Shown here: piece after piece, positions 26,490 through 43,500 of the stretch
How positions within the stretch are numbered: position 1 is the stretch's first letter
How the letters are laid out: every line of letters starts with the position of its first letter
The notes under the pieces: generated by a model
The model's database searches: none
Told to the model about the DNA's origin: nothing
What the model saw: only the letters and a program-made list of their open reading frames with translations
Source: the human T2T-CHM13v2.0 reference genome, Homo sapiens
Reading direction: 5' to 3' (one strand)
Assembly (NCBI RefSeq): GCF_009914755.1
Contig: NC_060947.1
Length of the DNA: 64,000 bases
Made by a program: the position numbers and the translations under genes

Positions 26490-27185
26490 CTGGGGACAGC
26501 AAACCACAGTCAGTGGAACAAATCCAGCCTGCCACCAGTTTGTGTTTAATCCATGGACTAAGAATAGCTCTCATATTGTTTTAAACAGTTGAAAAAAATC
26601 AAAAGAAGTATATTTTGTGACATGAAAATTCTGTGAAATTTAAATTTTAGTACCATAAATAAAGTTTTATTAGAACATAGCCATACTCACTCATTCATTC
26701 TCAATGGAGGATTTTGTGCTACAACAGCAGAGTTCAGTAGTTGTGACAGATTGTATATGACACGCTTATCATTTCTCACTGCTACTATAAATCTCAGTAA
26801 TGCAGTTATCAGCATTTTTAATACCACATGTATCATCTATCTGTGTGAAAAGACATTTTCAAAGATGAAAAATGTAAAATCTCATTACAGATTAGCATTA
26901 ACAAATAAAATTTGCAATTAATTTTAATAATAGGGAACATTGAATCCCAATTAAGTGAGGTGTTGCCTCTCTTTCTCTCAAAAAAGAATTCCATTCTTTT
27001 TATTAGGAGGCTTGTATGACAAAAAAAGTTCTTAATTATTATTTTTTTAATAGAAATTATAGGGAAATGTATTTTTCCTTTTTTATATAAGTACATTCAT
27101 AATATCCTCAATATTACCTTTTGGCCTACAAAACTTAAAATGTTTACTATCTGCCCCTTTATAGAAAAATGTTTGCTGACTTCTG
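26490..27185 (+). mobile_element. MER58/Cheshire-derived non-autonomous hAT element
   Basis: AAATCCAGCCTGCC...AATAAAGTTTTATTAGAACATAGCCA...TTTACTATCTGCCCCTTTATAGAAAAATGTTTGCTGACTTCTG; opposite orientation to the 18174 element. Confidence 0.75.
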
Positions 27186-27835
27186 CCCTAGAGTACTGAG
27201 GAACTTTCTGAGGAAAAGATTCCAGAAATATTGGAAATAATTCTGTAGTAAGCAAGCCATTAATAAAGATTTTGTATTTGTTTTGTGTGTTTCCTTTTTC
27301 TTTCACTAAAATAGTAGGAATAATGTGCTGTAAATTTTAAATAACTCAAGTTATTTTTTCTATTGTCAAGCAATAGCAAAAGGATGTTAGGAATTCAAAT
27401 ATATATCATTAAAAGTTGGGAGGAAATGCCTATAATTGAAGCATTCTTGGAGAATATTTTAAAAAATAACAACAACAAGAAAACAAAGCAAAAAAACTTT
27501 TCCCTCCATGCTCAGATTTTTATGTGGATTTTGTCAGTAAAAAGAAGGTCAGCTTTCATTTTACATGGTGACTTGATACATTCTGTTTTAAATACAAAAT
27601 TATATTTTATTTAAATAATGCTATAGATAGGAATGTCTGAGGCACATTTAAGATATTACTTGGAGTGCCAGAACAAGCAGAGAGTTAGGGATGAAATGGA
27701 TCTCCATGAAAGTCACATAGAGATCACATAGACAGTGACAAGTCAGAATGGAAATAACATAGGGCTGTCCCCATTTGTCACATATCTATAAACTAAAGCA
27801 AGCTTGTCTAGAATGATAGATTCATGGTTTCATTC

Positions 27836-28135
27836 TTTTTTTTTTTTTTTTTTTGAGACAGATTCCTGCTCTGTCGCCCAGGCTGGAGTGCAGCGGCATG
27901 ATCTTGGCTTACTGAAATGTCCACCTCCCGGGTTTAAGTGATTCTCCTGCCTCAGCCTCCCGAGTAGCTGGGATTACAGGCACATGCCACCATGCCCAGA
28001 TAATTTTTGTATTTTTAGTAGAGACGGAGGTCTCACCATGTTGGCCAAGCTGGTCTCGAACTCCTGACCTTGAATGATCCACTTGCCTCAGCCTCCCAAG
28101 TTCTGGGATTACAGGCGTGAGCTACTGCCCTGGCC
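27836..28135 (-). mobile_element. AluS (Sx/Sz-like)
   Basis: Full dimer; TCATTC on both flanks. Confidence 0.92.
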
Positions 28136-30053
28136 TCATTCACTTTTATTTAAGTTATGTGGCTGGAACTGCCCTGGGTACAGAGAGGGGAAGGAAAATA
28201 TGATCAATACCTTTAATGATCTCACATTCTAGAGTGAGATTACAAAAAAATGGAATAAGTGATGGTATATCTATTCAGTAGTTATTTGTTAAAAAAAAGA
28301 ATTAGCATACAATATAATGAAAAAAGAAAGAAGGTTCTACTAGCTCTATGTTCGCGTTGTTAGAAAAGGCTTCATAGAAAAAATAGCGTTTTGGCTGGTT
28401 TTTAGAGATCAGTAGAAATCATTCAGAAAAAAAGAGGAAAAATGGAATTACAGTCAGGGAATACAAAGTGTACAAAAATACAGAACCACAAAAGAACACG
28501 TTTTTCCTATTTTCTGGAAAAAAGTACTGTATGTCTAGAGCATTTGTTACTTTCTGATTATGAATGATTAGGGAAGAAATGATAAAGGTGAAAATAGAAG
28601 TGCTTCTTTCACTTAGGGAAAGATTGAAAAATACTTTTTTTATACTCCAACCATGCGTAAAATTTATTATTTCTCTCATTGGAAGAATAGATAGTAAAAG
28701 AGGACTTTAAGTGGAAAGACAACTTTATAGCTATTTAAAGATCAACATACATTTCTAAGAGTGGTGACTTTCTAGAAACACTGAACTTTACAATGCTTCT
28801 TTATTCTAGTGATTATTATTTTGAAACATTTATAAATTTCATATGTATAACACACTTTCCAGCAAATTTTTCCAATTTAAAACTGTGATATTTGTTGGAA
28901 GTATTTATGGTCTCACTTTATTAGATGAGAAAGCAGAGGCCCATAGAGTTTAATTGAATTACTTCAAAGGGTTTAATGTAACTCGAAAGAGAGATTTTTG
29001 TCCCTCAGAACCAAACCTCAGCTCATTTGCCATTGTCAACCACACCCCTTTGAATCACCTTTAAAATCATTAACTTTTTTTTGGAAATAGTCTCAATGGC
29101 TTACACCATCTGGACAGGGCAAATCAATTCAGATGAAATTAATTTGGAGATGTGTTTCAACTCAGTGGTACTGTGTTCTATTTGAAGCTATTTCTTGCTA
29201 ATGAGTCTTTCCAGACCCTCAGCTAAAATCACATGCAAGTTTTTATTTGTAGATGTCATTTTCTTAGATTTTGACAGCAGAGGAGAGAGAAGTAAGTAGA
29301 GCACTGTGTTCATGACTGTAACTGAATCTTAGCTGTGGAGAGAAGAGAGTGACACTGACAAACAGCCCCAGGTGACAGTGAGAGACATTCATGGCCTCAG
29401 GTTATCAGCAAGTTTTATAGAACCTTTACCATTTTAGACTCTAGTGAGGCTGACGGCTTGCTTGTATCTGTAATCCCCATGTCTCCAGTTAATCTTCAGT
29501 TAGAAGTCATTCTCCCAGTCTTAAGGAAATAATGAAAATTAAAAAGGAAGAAATTAAAATGGAAGCAATATTGCATCCTGAATTCTAGATCTGAAAGGCT
29601 ACAGTGGATATAGGCATGAACACAAAACAGTTTGAGAATATTCACAGCTGTTCATTTGTGGCTAATTATGCAAAACAAGTATCACTGACTTCCAATGAAT
29701 TAAAAGATTTAGTGAATTTATTGTTTTTTTTGAACCCCAAAAAAGAGTCATGGTGGGGAGAATTTCTCCAACCATTTGTCCTAAGTTACTCTACAGTTCA
29801 AATTCATACAACCCTCTTTTTTTTTTTCAACTAACTCATTCCCATTGATATGTAAGCTTTATCAGGACAAGGATAAATATTAACAACATAATTTTTGGAG
29901 ATTTCTGTTTTGTAGACTGATGCATCCTTAGTGGTTAGTACAATGCCTAGAATGTAAGCACTCAATAAATCTTAGCTATTTTTGGAAAGTTCCCCAAATC
30001 CTAATTGTTGTAGAACTGGCATGTCTCATATTTTTCAATTACTGTTTTCTGTC

Positions 30054-31345
30054 TCAGAGATTTGCAAAGTGTGTTGTGTTAGTCCATCCTCATGCTTCTA
30101 ATAAAGACATACCTGAGACTGGGTAATTTGTAAAGGAAAGAGGTTTATTTGACTTATAGTTCAGCATGGCTGGGGAAGGGGAAGCAGTCATGTCCTTCTT
30201 CACATGGCAGCAGCAAGGAGAAGTACAGAGTGAAGGTGGAGAAAAGCCCTTTATAAAACCATTAGATCTTGTGAGAACTAACTCACTATCACAAGAACAG
30301 GATGAGGGAAACTTCCCCCATGATTCAGTTATCTCCATCTGATCCCTCCCACAATATGTGAGGATTATGGAAACTACAATTCAAGATGAGATTTGGATAG
30401 GGACACAGCCAAACCATATCATGTGGTATGCAAGTTTCCTTCAGGGACTTCATGAAGTTAACACTCTTTTTATGATAACCCTAAAATATTGACCTTTTTC
30501 ACTGTGTTGGACTTCACATTGATGTTGCAAAAGCAATGATGGGAAAAACTGCAGAAACTTTGACATGAAACAAAGTGGTATGATTAGTTATTGTATTCTT
30601 CACTACAATGCCCTTTGAGTTTAAAAAAGCCAGTTTCATTTAAGAATGCTCTCTATAAAACAGTAATTTTTAAATTGTATTGAAGCTTGACACTTGCGTA
30701 CATGTTTTCTCAATAGTCTCTTCGATGAAATGGAAGTGCACATAAAGCACTTGTACTTGGGGGAGTATTAAGGCTGTCTCAAGGAAAAGCACTTGTACAA
30801 TCAGTTGAGGTAGGAAATCAATGGGCCACTTTTTAATGGATCATCATTTTTACTTGAAAGGATGACTGTTGGATAAACTATTGCTATTGAGACTTGGATA
30901 TTTGGCAGATGTTTTCTCAAAAATGACTGAAGTGAACCTGTTACCTCAAGGAAAATAACTGACACTTGTTGTCAATAATAATGTTTAATATTTCAAGCTA
31001 ATATTAGAATTTTGGAAAACTTGGGTATACCTCCATGAGATTAACAGCTTCCTAATACTTGAAGAGTTTTTTGATGAGGTCAGTGGTGATAATAATAAAG
31101 GTGAATTTTGGTATGATATAATGAAATGTATCAATATTCATATGGTATGTATAACTTAGTAAATGAATATTTTCCAAATAATTAATATCTGATGATACAA
31201 AATCATGCAAGAGTAAAAGATTCATTGAAAGTGCAAGATATATCAATAGTGTTAATGTAACAGAGTACAAACAATTCATTGATACGATTACAGATTTCAT
31301 ATTACAACTAAACTTTAAGAAACTACTACCTGTCAAGTTTTGGTG
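30054..31345. mobile_element. Charlie1-like hAT transposon fragment, interrupted by THE1
   Basis: GTCTCAAGGAAAAGCACTTGT, GACTTGGATATTTGGCAGATGTTTTCTCAAAAATGA and AAGAAACTACTACCTGTCAAGTTTTGGTG recalled as Charlie1 segments. Confidence 0.7.
30075..30421 (-). mobile_element. THE1C/D solo LTR
   Basis: TGTGTTAGTCCAT...AATAAAGACATACCTGAGACTGGG...CAGCCAAACCATATCA; TSD TGTGT/TGTGG. Confidence 0.9.
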
Positions 31346-31409
31346 AAACAGAGTTCTTGAGAATGGCTAGTTTTCACCAGGGAGCCAAAAAAAAGAAAGC
31401 AAGAGAGCA

Positions 31410-31720
31410 ACTCAGATGGAGCTGGAGGCCATTATCTTAAGTGAAGCAACACAGGAATGGAAAACCAAAAACTGTATGTTCTCACTTATAACTGGGAGCT
31501 AAGCTATGAGTATGCAAAGGTATACAGAGTGATATAATGGACTTTAGAGACACAGAAGGGGAAGGTTGGGAGGGGAGCTAGGGATGAAAAAACTACACAT
31601 TAGGTACAATGTACACTACTCGGGTGACGGGTGCACTAAAATCCCAGAAATCACCATTATAAAATTCATTCATGCAACAGAAAACCACTTGTACTCCAAA
31701 AGCTATTGAAATAAAAAAAA
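31410..31720 (+). mobile_element. 5'-truncated L1PB-like 3' end
   Basis: GGAGGCCATTATCTTAAGTGAA...CACTTGTACTCCAAAAGCTATTGAAATAAAA; GCAAGAGA on both flanks. Confidence 0.8.
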
Positions 31721-32374
31721 GGCAAGAGAAAAGCGTATGCAACTGCACAGAGCTATGTTAGAACATAGTGTTTGAGGAATTATATCTGGTTTCATGTTGC
31801 TATAATATAGAATGAGAAATGAGGAGAGACAGAAGGTGAGGCAGATCACCAAGAGTCATGCATAAAATGATAAGAAGTCAGATTGTATCATGTGGTTAAT
31901 ATGGAAGAACTGGAATTTGTACAATATTTCATCTTGGAAAGCGTGGGCTATAGATTTTATTCTGGAAAGCAACTACCAGGCTGTTGCAATACTTCAGGCA
32001 AAAGATTTTTAGTGCCTGGAATAAAGTAGTGGTAATGAATGATGAAAAGTAGAAGACTGTTACAAGATTTATTTCAGAGTTGAAATCAAGATAAATGACT
32101 TGAAGATTAAATATTAGTAATGTGAAAGGAGAACGGGTCTAAAATGACTCCTAGCTTTCATAATTAGCGGCTAGAGGGATTGTAGAATTAGTTTCTCTGT
32201 AGTCACTAACTCTGAAAGCTTTTAAGTACAAAATCTATTTCTTTAACAGATATAGTGCTATTAAGGGCATCTATTTTTGAGTGAGCTTTGTGAATTCATG
32301 TCTTTCAATGATGTTTTCATTTCATCGAAGTTGTAGAATTTATTGGCATAAAGTTTTTATGTTTATTTAACTAA

Positions 32375-32663
32375 TTATTTTTGAGACAGGGCCTTGTTAT
32401 GTGACTTAGGCTGGAGTGCAGGGGTGCAATCATGGCTCACTGCAGCCTTAAACTCTTTGGCTCAAGTGACCCTCTTGCCTATCCTCCTGAGTAAATGGAA
32501 CTAAAGGCATGCAATAACACACCCAGTTAATTTTTAAATTTTTTGAAGAGATGGGGTCTCCCTGTGTTGCCCAGGCTGGGCTTGAACTCCTGGGCTCAAG
32601 CAGTCCTCCTGCCTTAGCCTCCCAAAGTGCTGAGATTACAGGTGTGAGTCACTGAACCAGGCC
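32375..32663 (-). mobile_element. AluJ
   Basis: Diverged Alu dimer with CTCCTGGGCTCAAGCAGTCCTCC. Confidence 0.85.
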
Positions 32664-32874
32664 AAGTTGTTCTTTTAGTATCTTTAGAGTCAGTGGGAAG
32701 GTCACCTCTTTTATTCCTAAATTAGTAATTTGTGTGTTCTCTCTTTCTACTCCTATCTTTCCTTCTAGGACTCCAATTACACATATATTCAGTCACTTAA
32801 AATTGTTTCATAGCTCATCGATGCTCTTTTCTCATCCTTATTTCCTTCCTTGCTTCCTCCCTTCCTTCTTTTTT

Positions 32875-33120
32875 AATAATAGCTAACATTTATTGAACCT
32901 TTAAAATATAAAAAGCACTGCTTTATGTGCTAAACATGTACTAAATCATTTTATACTCAAAACAAATCTTTAAGTACTATTCTTATCCTTATTTTCTATA
33001 GTTGAAACTGAGGCACAGATAGTTGAAGTAATTTGCTCAAGGTTGTCTACCCAGAACAGAGATGAATTTGAACCCAGTCAGTTTGGCTCTGTAGTCCACA
33101 CTTTTAACCACCATGCTATG
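32875..33120 (-). mobile_element. MIR
   Basis: AATAGCTAACATTTATTGA...GAAACTGAGGCACAGA...TTTGAACCCAG. Confidence 0.75.
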
Positions 33121-33872
33121 TAGCCTCTCTAGGAGGAATTAAATGTTTCTCTCTATGGAAAAACATGCTCAAAAAAAGCATGCTTCAAGATAATAATATG
33201 TTGTACAAATTTTTCACAACTTTCAATTATGCTCCTGATTTCTATTCATGAACTACTTCTAATGATGCTTTCTAATTTCTTTCTAATGGACGCATGCAAC
33301 ACATCTTTCTTAAGTTCTCAGCAGCATTCAACCACTCGCTCCTTGAAACAACTTATTTTCCCCTGGTATTTGAGAAACTAGTCCCTTGACCAACCTCTAC
33401 CTCTCTGACAATTCATGCACTCAATAAATATTTACTAAGTCATTTAATTTGTGTCATTCTTCAAGATACTAAAAGTAAGAGATTCAAACTCCCTGCCCTT
33501 AGGAGAGTGCATTCTAGTGGAGAAGAAAGACAATAAAAAAGTAATACATATTTGCAAAACTTCAAATAATGTGAAAAGTAGAGGAAGAAAAATAAACATT
33601 GCTAATCTCCATCACCATTCTACTGTGATTAGGTATGCTATTTTTTTCAGATTTGTGTGTAAGGAAACATATACACAGTGTACACACACATAAATACACA
33701 TATATGTACTCACATTTACTTAAAATGGATCTATATAAACACACTCAAAAATACATTAGGACACATTTTTCTACAAAAATTTGGTTATATATACAACATA
33801 TTTTTCCACAATGAACTTTAGTCATTTAATCATGAATTATGAATACCTTTCATATACTTAGTGCATATTTTT

Positions 33873-33875
<3 letters not shown>

Positions 33876-33903
<28 letters not shown>
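33876..33903. repeat. (TA)14 microsatellite occupying the L1 tail
   Basis: Directly visible between the TSD and the L1 3' end. Confidence 0.9.
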
Positions 33904-33908
<5 letters not shown>

Positions 33909-34110
33909 TATACTTTAAGTTCTAGGGTACATGTGTATAACTTGAAGGTTTGTTACATACGTATACATGTGCCATATTGGTGTGTTGCATACATTAACTC
34001 GTCATTTATATTAGGTATATCTCCTAATGCTATCCCTCCCCACTCCACCTACCCCACCACAGGCCCCAGTGTGTGATGTTCCCCTTCCTGTGTCCATGTG
34101 TTCTCATTGC

Positions 34111-37938
<3,828 letters not shown>

Positions 37939-38001
37939 TATGATGTTAGCTGGTTATTTTGCTTGTTAGTTGATGCAGTTTCTTCCTAGCCTTGATGGTC
38001 T

Positions 38002-39013
38002 TTACAATTTGGCATGTTTTTGTAGTGGCTGGTACTGGTTCTTCCTTTCCATGTTTAGTGTTTCCTTCAGGAGCTCTTGTAGGGCGGGCCTGGTAGTGAC
38101 AAAATCTCAGCATTTGCTTGTCTGTAAAGGATTTGATTTCTCCTTCACTTATGAAGCTTAGTTTGGCTGGATATGAAATTCTGGGTTGAAAATTCTTTTA
38201 TTTAAGAATGTTGAATATTGGCCCCCACTCTCTTCTGGCTTGTAGTTTCTGCCAAGAGATCCACTGTTAGTCTGATGGGCTTCCATTTGTGGGTAACCCG
38301 ACCTTTCTCTCTGGCTGCCCTTAACATTTTTTCCTTCATTTCAACTTTGTTGAATCTGACAGTTATTTGTGTTGGAGTTGCTCTTCTCGAGGAGTATCTC
38401 TGTGGCATTCTCTGTATTTCCTGAATTTGAATGTTGGCCTGCCTTGCTAGGTTGGGGATGTTCTCCTGGATAATATCCTGCAGAGTGTTTTCCAACTTGG
38501 TTCCATTCTCCCTGTCACTTTCAGGTACACCAATCAGACTTAGGTTTGGTCTTTTCACATAGTCCCATATTTCTTGGAGGCTTTGTTCATTTCTTTGTAT
38601 TCTTTTTTCTCTAAACTTCCCTTCTCACTTCATTTCATTCATTTGAGCTTCAATCACTGATACCCTTTCTTCCAGTTGATCGAATCGGCTACTGAAACTT
38701 GTGCATTCATCATGTAGTTCTTGTGCCATGATTTTCAGCTCCATCAGGTCCTTTAAGGACTTCTCTACATTGGTTATTGTAGTTAGCCTTTTGTCTAATC
38801 TTTTTTCCAGGGTTTTAACTTCTTTGCGATGGGTGGGAACTTCCTCCTTTGGCTTGGAGAAGTTTGATCATCTGAAGCCTTCTTCTCTCAACTCATCAAA
38901 GTCATTCTCCATCCAGCTTTGTTCATTGCTGGTGAGGAGCTGTCTTCCTTTGGAGGAGGAGAGGCGCTCTGATTTTTAGAATTTTCAGCTTTTCTGCTCT
39001 GTTTTTTCCCCAT
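38002..39013 (-). pseudogene. L1 ORF1 remnant
   Basis: ATGGGGAAAAAAC start at 39013; ORF 38202-38558 (KRPNLSLIGVPESDRENGTKLENTLQDIIQEN); frameshifted. Confidence 0.9.
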
Positions 39014-40589
39014 CTTTGTGGTTTTATCTACCTTTGGTCTTTGATGATGGCGATGTACAGATGGGGTTTTGGTGTGGATGTCCTTTCTGTTTGTTAGTTT
39101 TCCTTCTAACAGTCAGGACCCTCAGCTGCAGGTCTGTTGGAGTTTTCTGGTGGTCCACTCCAGACCCTGTTTGCCTGGGTATCAGCAGCGGAGGCTGCAG
39201 AACAGTGAATATTGCTGAACAGCAAATGTTGCTGCCTGATTGTTCCTCTGGAAGTTTCATCTCAGAGGGGTACCTGGCCGTGTGAGGTATCAGTCTGCCC
39301 CTACTGGGGGGTGCCTCCCAGTTAGGCTACTCAGGGTTCAGGGACCCACTTGAGGAGGCAGTCTGTCTGTTCTCAGATCTCAAACTCCATGCCAGGAGAA
39401 CCACTACTGTCTTCAAAGCTCAGTTGGAAATGCAGAAATCACCCGTCTTCTGTGTCACTCAGGCTGGGAGCTGTAGACTGGAGCTATTCCTATTCAGCCA
39501 TCTTGGAACTGCCCTCCAGTGCATATTTTTCTTATCCTTTAACCATGCTTATTGATGGGCATATAGTTAATGTCCAATTTTTTGAACACAAATAATGTTG
39601 CAACAAACATCATTGTACATGAAGCTTTGGATGTTTATGCTACCATTTCCTTAGGATAGATCCCAGGAATTGGGACTCAGTTTTTGCAGAGTATGAACCA
39701 AATATCAACTGGGTTAATCTTGCTTTTTATATCTAGATAAGTAGATAAGATTTATTCCATCTCTAATCATTGGAAATTCATAAGAATCTCACTCTCTCGT
39801 GGACATCCCTGCTTCTCAGCTCCTGTTTCCTGTGAATTACTTTATGAATAATCTTGCCATCCAACAAATGGGGTCCCTATCCTGTACCACATTGTACCAA
39901 ATGTAGAACTCTGCTTTTGTCTGTCAATTTTATATAAAAAGAAAACACTCAAATAGATGCTTCGTCTTTTAAATTCTGATTATTGGATTTTTGGTTTGTA
40001 ATTTATAGAACTGTTGAGGGCTGGCAGACCTTTATGTCTAATGTTGACTGTAGCCAATATTTGGTCTTTCCTTGCCATATGTAATTAACAAACAAGAGAA
40101 GTGTGTCCTTTCAAGAAAGGTGTGTGCATATTTGGGTGTGTGTGTGTGTGTGTGTGAGATAAAGACAACCTTATTCAAGATTTGAGGAGTTAAAATAGGT
40201 TTTGCATTTAAGAAACACAAAATGCCCAAAACCTACTATGATAATTCCCATTTTTAAAAGTCTTTGATCACTGTGCCAAGAAGCAAGGGTTTTCTTCCCC
40301 TGTTCCCATCCCTTTTGTAATTGATTTCTCTTCCCTCAATCCTGTTTCTCAGAAGCAAGGAAAATTTAATTCTTCCTGTTTTTATGTACAGAGATATTTT
40401 AATTTCTTCAGGCTTACTTCCCAAACTCTGTTTTGTTTTTAACAGTTTAAAGATCTTTGCTATTACTTTAAAATTAAACTTTCAAAAAGTCTCGATTGTT
40501 TAAGTTTATTAACAACACCTGTCCTCCTTCATACTACTTGTTTAGGGAGAAAAATAAGGGATTTTTGTTCTTTCAGGTGCAGATATTTA

Positions 40590-43500
40590 CAATTTTGATG
40601 CACATTGTCAAATTGCCCTATAAATAATGGGCAGTACTATTTTGCACTGTCAAGAGTGTATGAGAATGTTGATTCTTCAAAGCCCTTACTAATTGGATAT
40701 TATTGATATCACTCTTTTGTTTTTGTTTTTGCCAGTTTGTTGAAAGGGAAATGGTATTTTATTGTTTTCTCAATTTGCATTTTGACAACTGGTGAGGTTG
40801 AATAAATTTTTTCAATTAGTTATTGAATTTTGCCATTTCTACTCTGTGCATTGTCAGTATATATACTTTTGGTCACATTTCTAATTGGGTATTTGATTTT
40901 TAAAATATGAATGTGAAGTTCTTTATACATTTTGAATTCTAATACTTTACTTTTGTAAATGATATCTCTCAGACCCCTGGGTTGGTCTCTCTTGTGTCTA
41001 TTATTTTGCATTTCTTTCATGGTGTCTTTTGTAATACAGATATTTTATCTTCTTATGTAATTATATCTGTTAATCTTTTCCTATATGGCTTCTGGATTTT
41101 GTTTCTTTCTTAGTAAGGTCTTTCCTGTCCCAACATTATTTTTATTTTTAATTGCCAAGTAAATATTATATAAATTTATGTTGTGCAATATGATGTTTGA
41201 AAAATGTATGCATTGTGGAATGGCTACATCACGCTATTTAACATATGCATTACATCTCATTCTTATCATTTTATTTTCTTGAGACAGTGTCTTGCTGTCA
41301 CCCAGGCTGGAGTGCAGTGGTGCAGACACAGCTCACTGCAGATTTGACCTCCCTAGCTCAAGTGATCCTCACACCTCAGTCTCCTGAGTAGCTGGGACTG
41401 TAGGCATATGCCACCATGCCCAGAAAATTGTTATTTTTTTTCTAGAGACAGGTTATCTCTATGTTGTCAGGGTTGGTCTCAAACTCCTGGCCTCCAGTGA
41501 TCCTTCCACCTCAGCCTCCCAAAGTGCTGGGATTACAGGCATGAGCCACGGCACTCAGCCTTATCACTTTTTATTGTGGTGAGAACATGTAAAATCTACT
41601 CTCAGCAATTTTTGAGTAAATTTTATACTATTATTAACTATAGTCACTATAATGTACAATAGAGCTCTTGAAGTTATTCCTCCTGAGTTTTATTTTATTT
41701 TTAATTTTTTAATCACCAATTCATCTAGATTTTACTTTGATATATGATGTGGTGTGGGGATGTGATGCGCATTTACTGGTTTATAAATAAATTTCTAATT
41801 TTGTCAACACACTTTACTCAATTGTCTATGTTTTCAACAGTGATTTTAAATGTTGCCTTATCTTGTATAAGAATACAAACACAGAGACATGCATATATAC
41901 ACATGGGCCTGTCTGGAGTATATATTGTTTTCTTTAGAAATACATGTCTTGATTTGAACTGATATTACATTATTTTAATCACTAAAATTTTAGAATGGAT
42001 TTGAAAACTGGCAGAAGAGTGCCTCTGTAATAATTTTTTTTTTTTTTTTTACAAATTTCACAGTTAGTATGCATTTGATCATCTAGATGAACTTTAGAAT
42101 CACCTAAATCTCATTAAGATGTTGATTCAATTTTTGCATTAAATCCATAGATTAACTTGGGGAGAATTGACTCAAAAATATTGATTCTGTGTTTTCTAGA
42201 AGACGGCACTTTTATCCATTTATTCAGAATTCTTATGTCTCTCAGTAAAGCTTTCTTCTTATAGGTCTTAGATCTTATGTTTATTTTTACTTTTTAAAAT
42301 GTTGTTATGGGAGTGACATCTTTTTCCCTTTTTTAATTGGCTAAAGTTGTTATATAAAAACATTAATGGTTCTTATACATTAATCTTTTCATACAGACAC
42401 TTTATTAAGTTTTCTTATTAGTTCTAAAGATTTAAATTTTTATTCTATTACATCTTATAAGTAGAAAATCAAATAAGCCACAAACAATAATAATCCTTTT
42501 CTTCCTATATTTATATCTTTTTCTTATTTGTGATGTATAATTACATTTGTTAGGAATTCTACATCCATGTTGAATAATACTTGTGTTATTAGGCATCCTT
42601 GTGTTGTTCCTTACTTTACTTGGATTGTCTTCAGTGTTTCACTAGAAAATAAAATGTTGATTTCTTATTTTCGATTTGTTGATTTATTAATTTTGATTTT
42701 TATCTATTACATCGAAAACATATCCTTCTATTTCTAGGCTACATATAATTTTTAATTATTTTCTTTTTTCTCTTAAAATTGTTTTTGTTTTCCATTTTAT
42801 TGTTATGTCAGCATTAGTTTAGATGGTCATAGAAGTTTTTCTTTAACCTATCAATTATATTTTTCCTACAGTTAAACCACCATTGCAATATTAGAATTTT
42901 TTCCCTACTTGTTTATAATATATTCTTGAAGACTTTTCTGAAATTATTTTGCTAATATTTTAGTTATTTTGGCATCTATGATCATATGTGAAATCAGTAT
43001 ATACACTCTTTAATTTTTAAAATATTGTTGATTTAATATCAATGTTATTCCAGCTTTTAGGCACTAGAGAAGTTTTTTTTTTTAAAAAGGCTCCATTAGG
43101 TTCCAGCTGTGTGACATTGGTTATGTCGCTTAACCTCTTCTGCTTCCACTTTATCTTCTTATATTTTTCCCTTAAGTATAGTAAATTTCAGTTTTCAAAA
43201 TTTCACCTGTGGCCTTTGTGGGAATACAGATTTTCCTCACTTTTAAACTTTTTCTTTGGTCATTGAGTTCTTAATGTTATCTCCTCTACTAAGACAATTA
43301 TTTTCAATTCTAATTTTCCAGAAGGTGGCTCATTTCATCAAAATTTACAAATTTATTTGTAAAACTCCTTTACATCTTGAAAGCAGTTTCTCTTTTATAT
43401 GTATAGCTATGACATTTTATCATTCTTAAATTTTTTGTGTGTGTTTTTGGTGAGAATTTCCAAATATCTGTTCATTTTTTTTGTATTTCTAAAAAACTGT

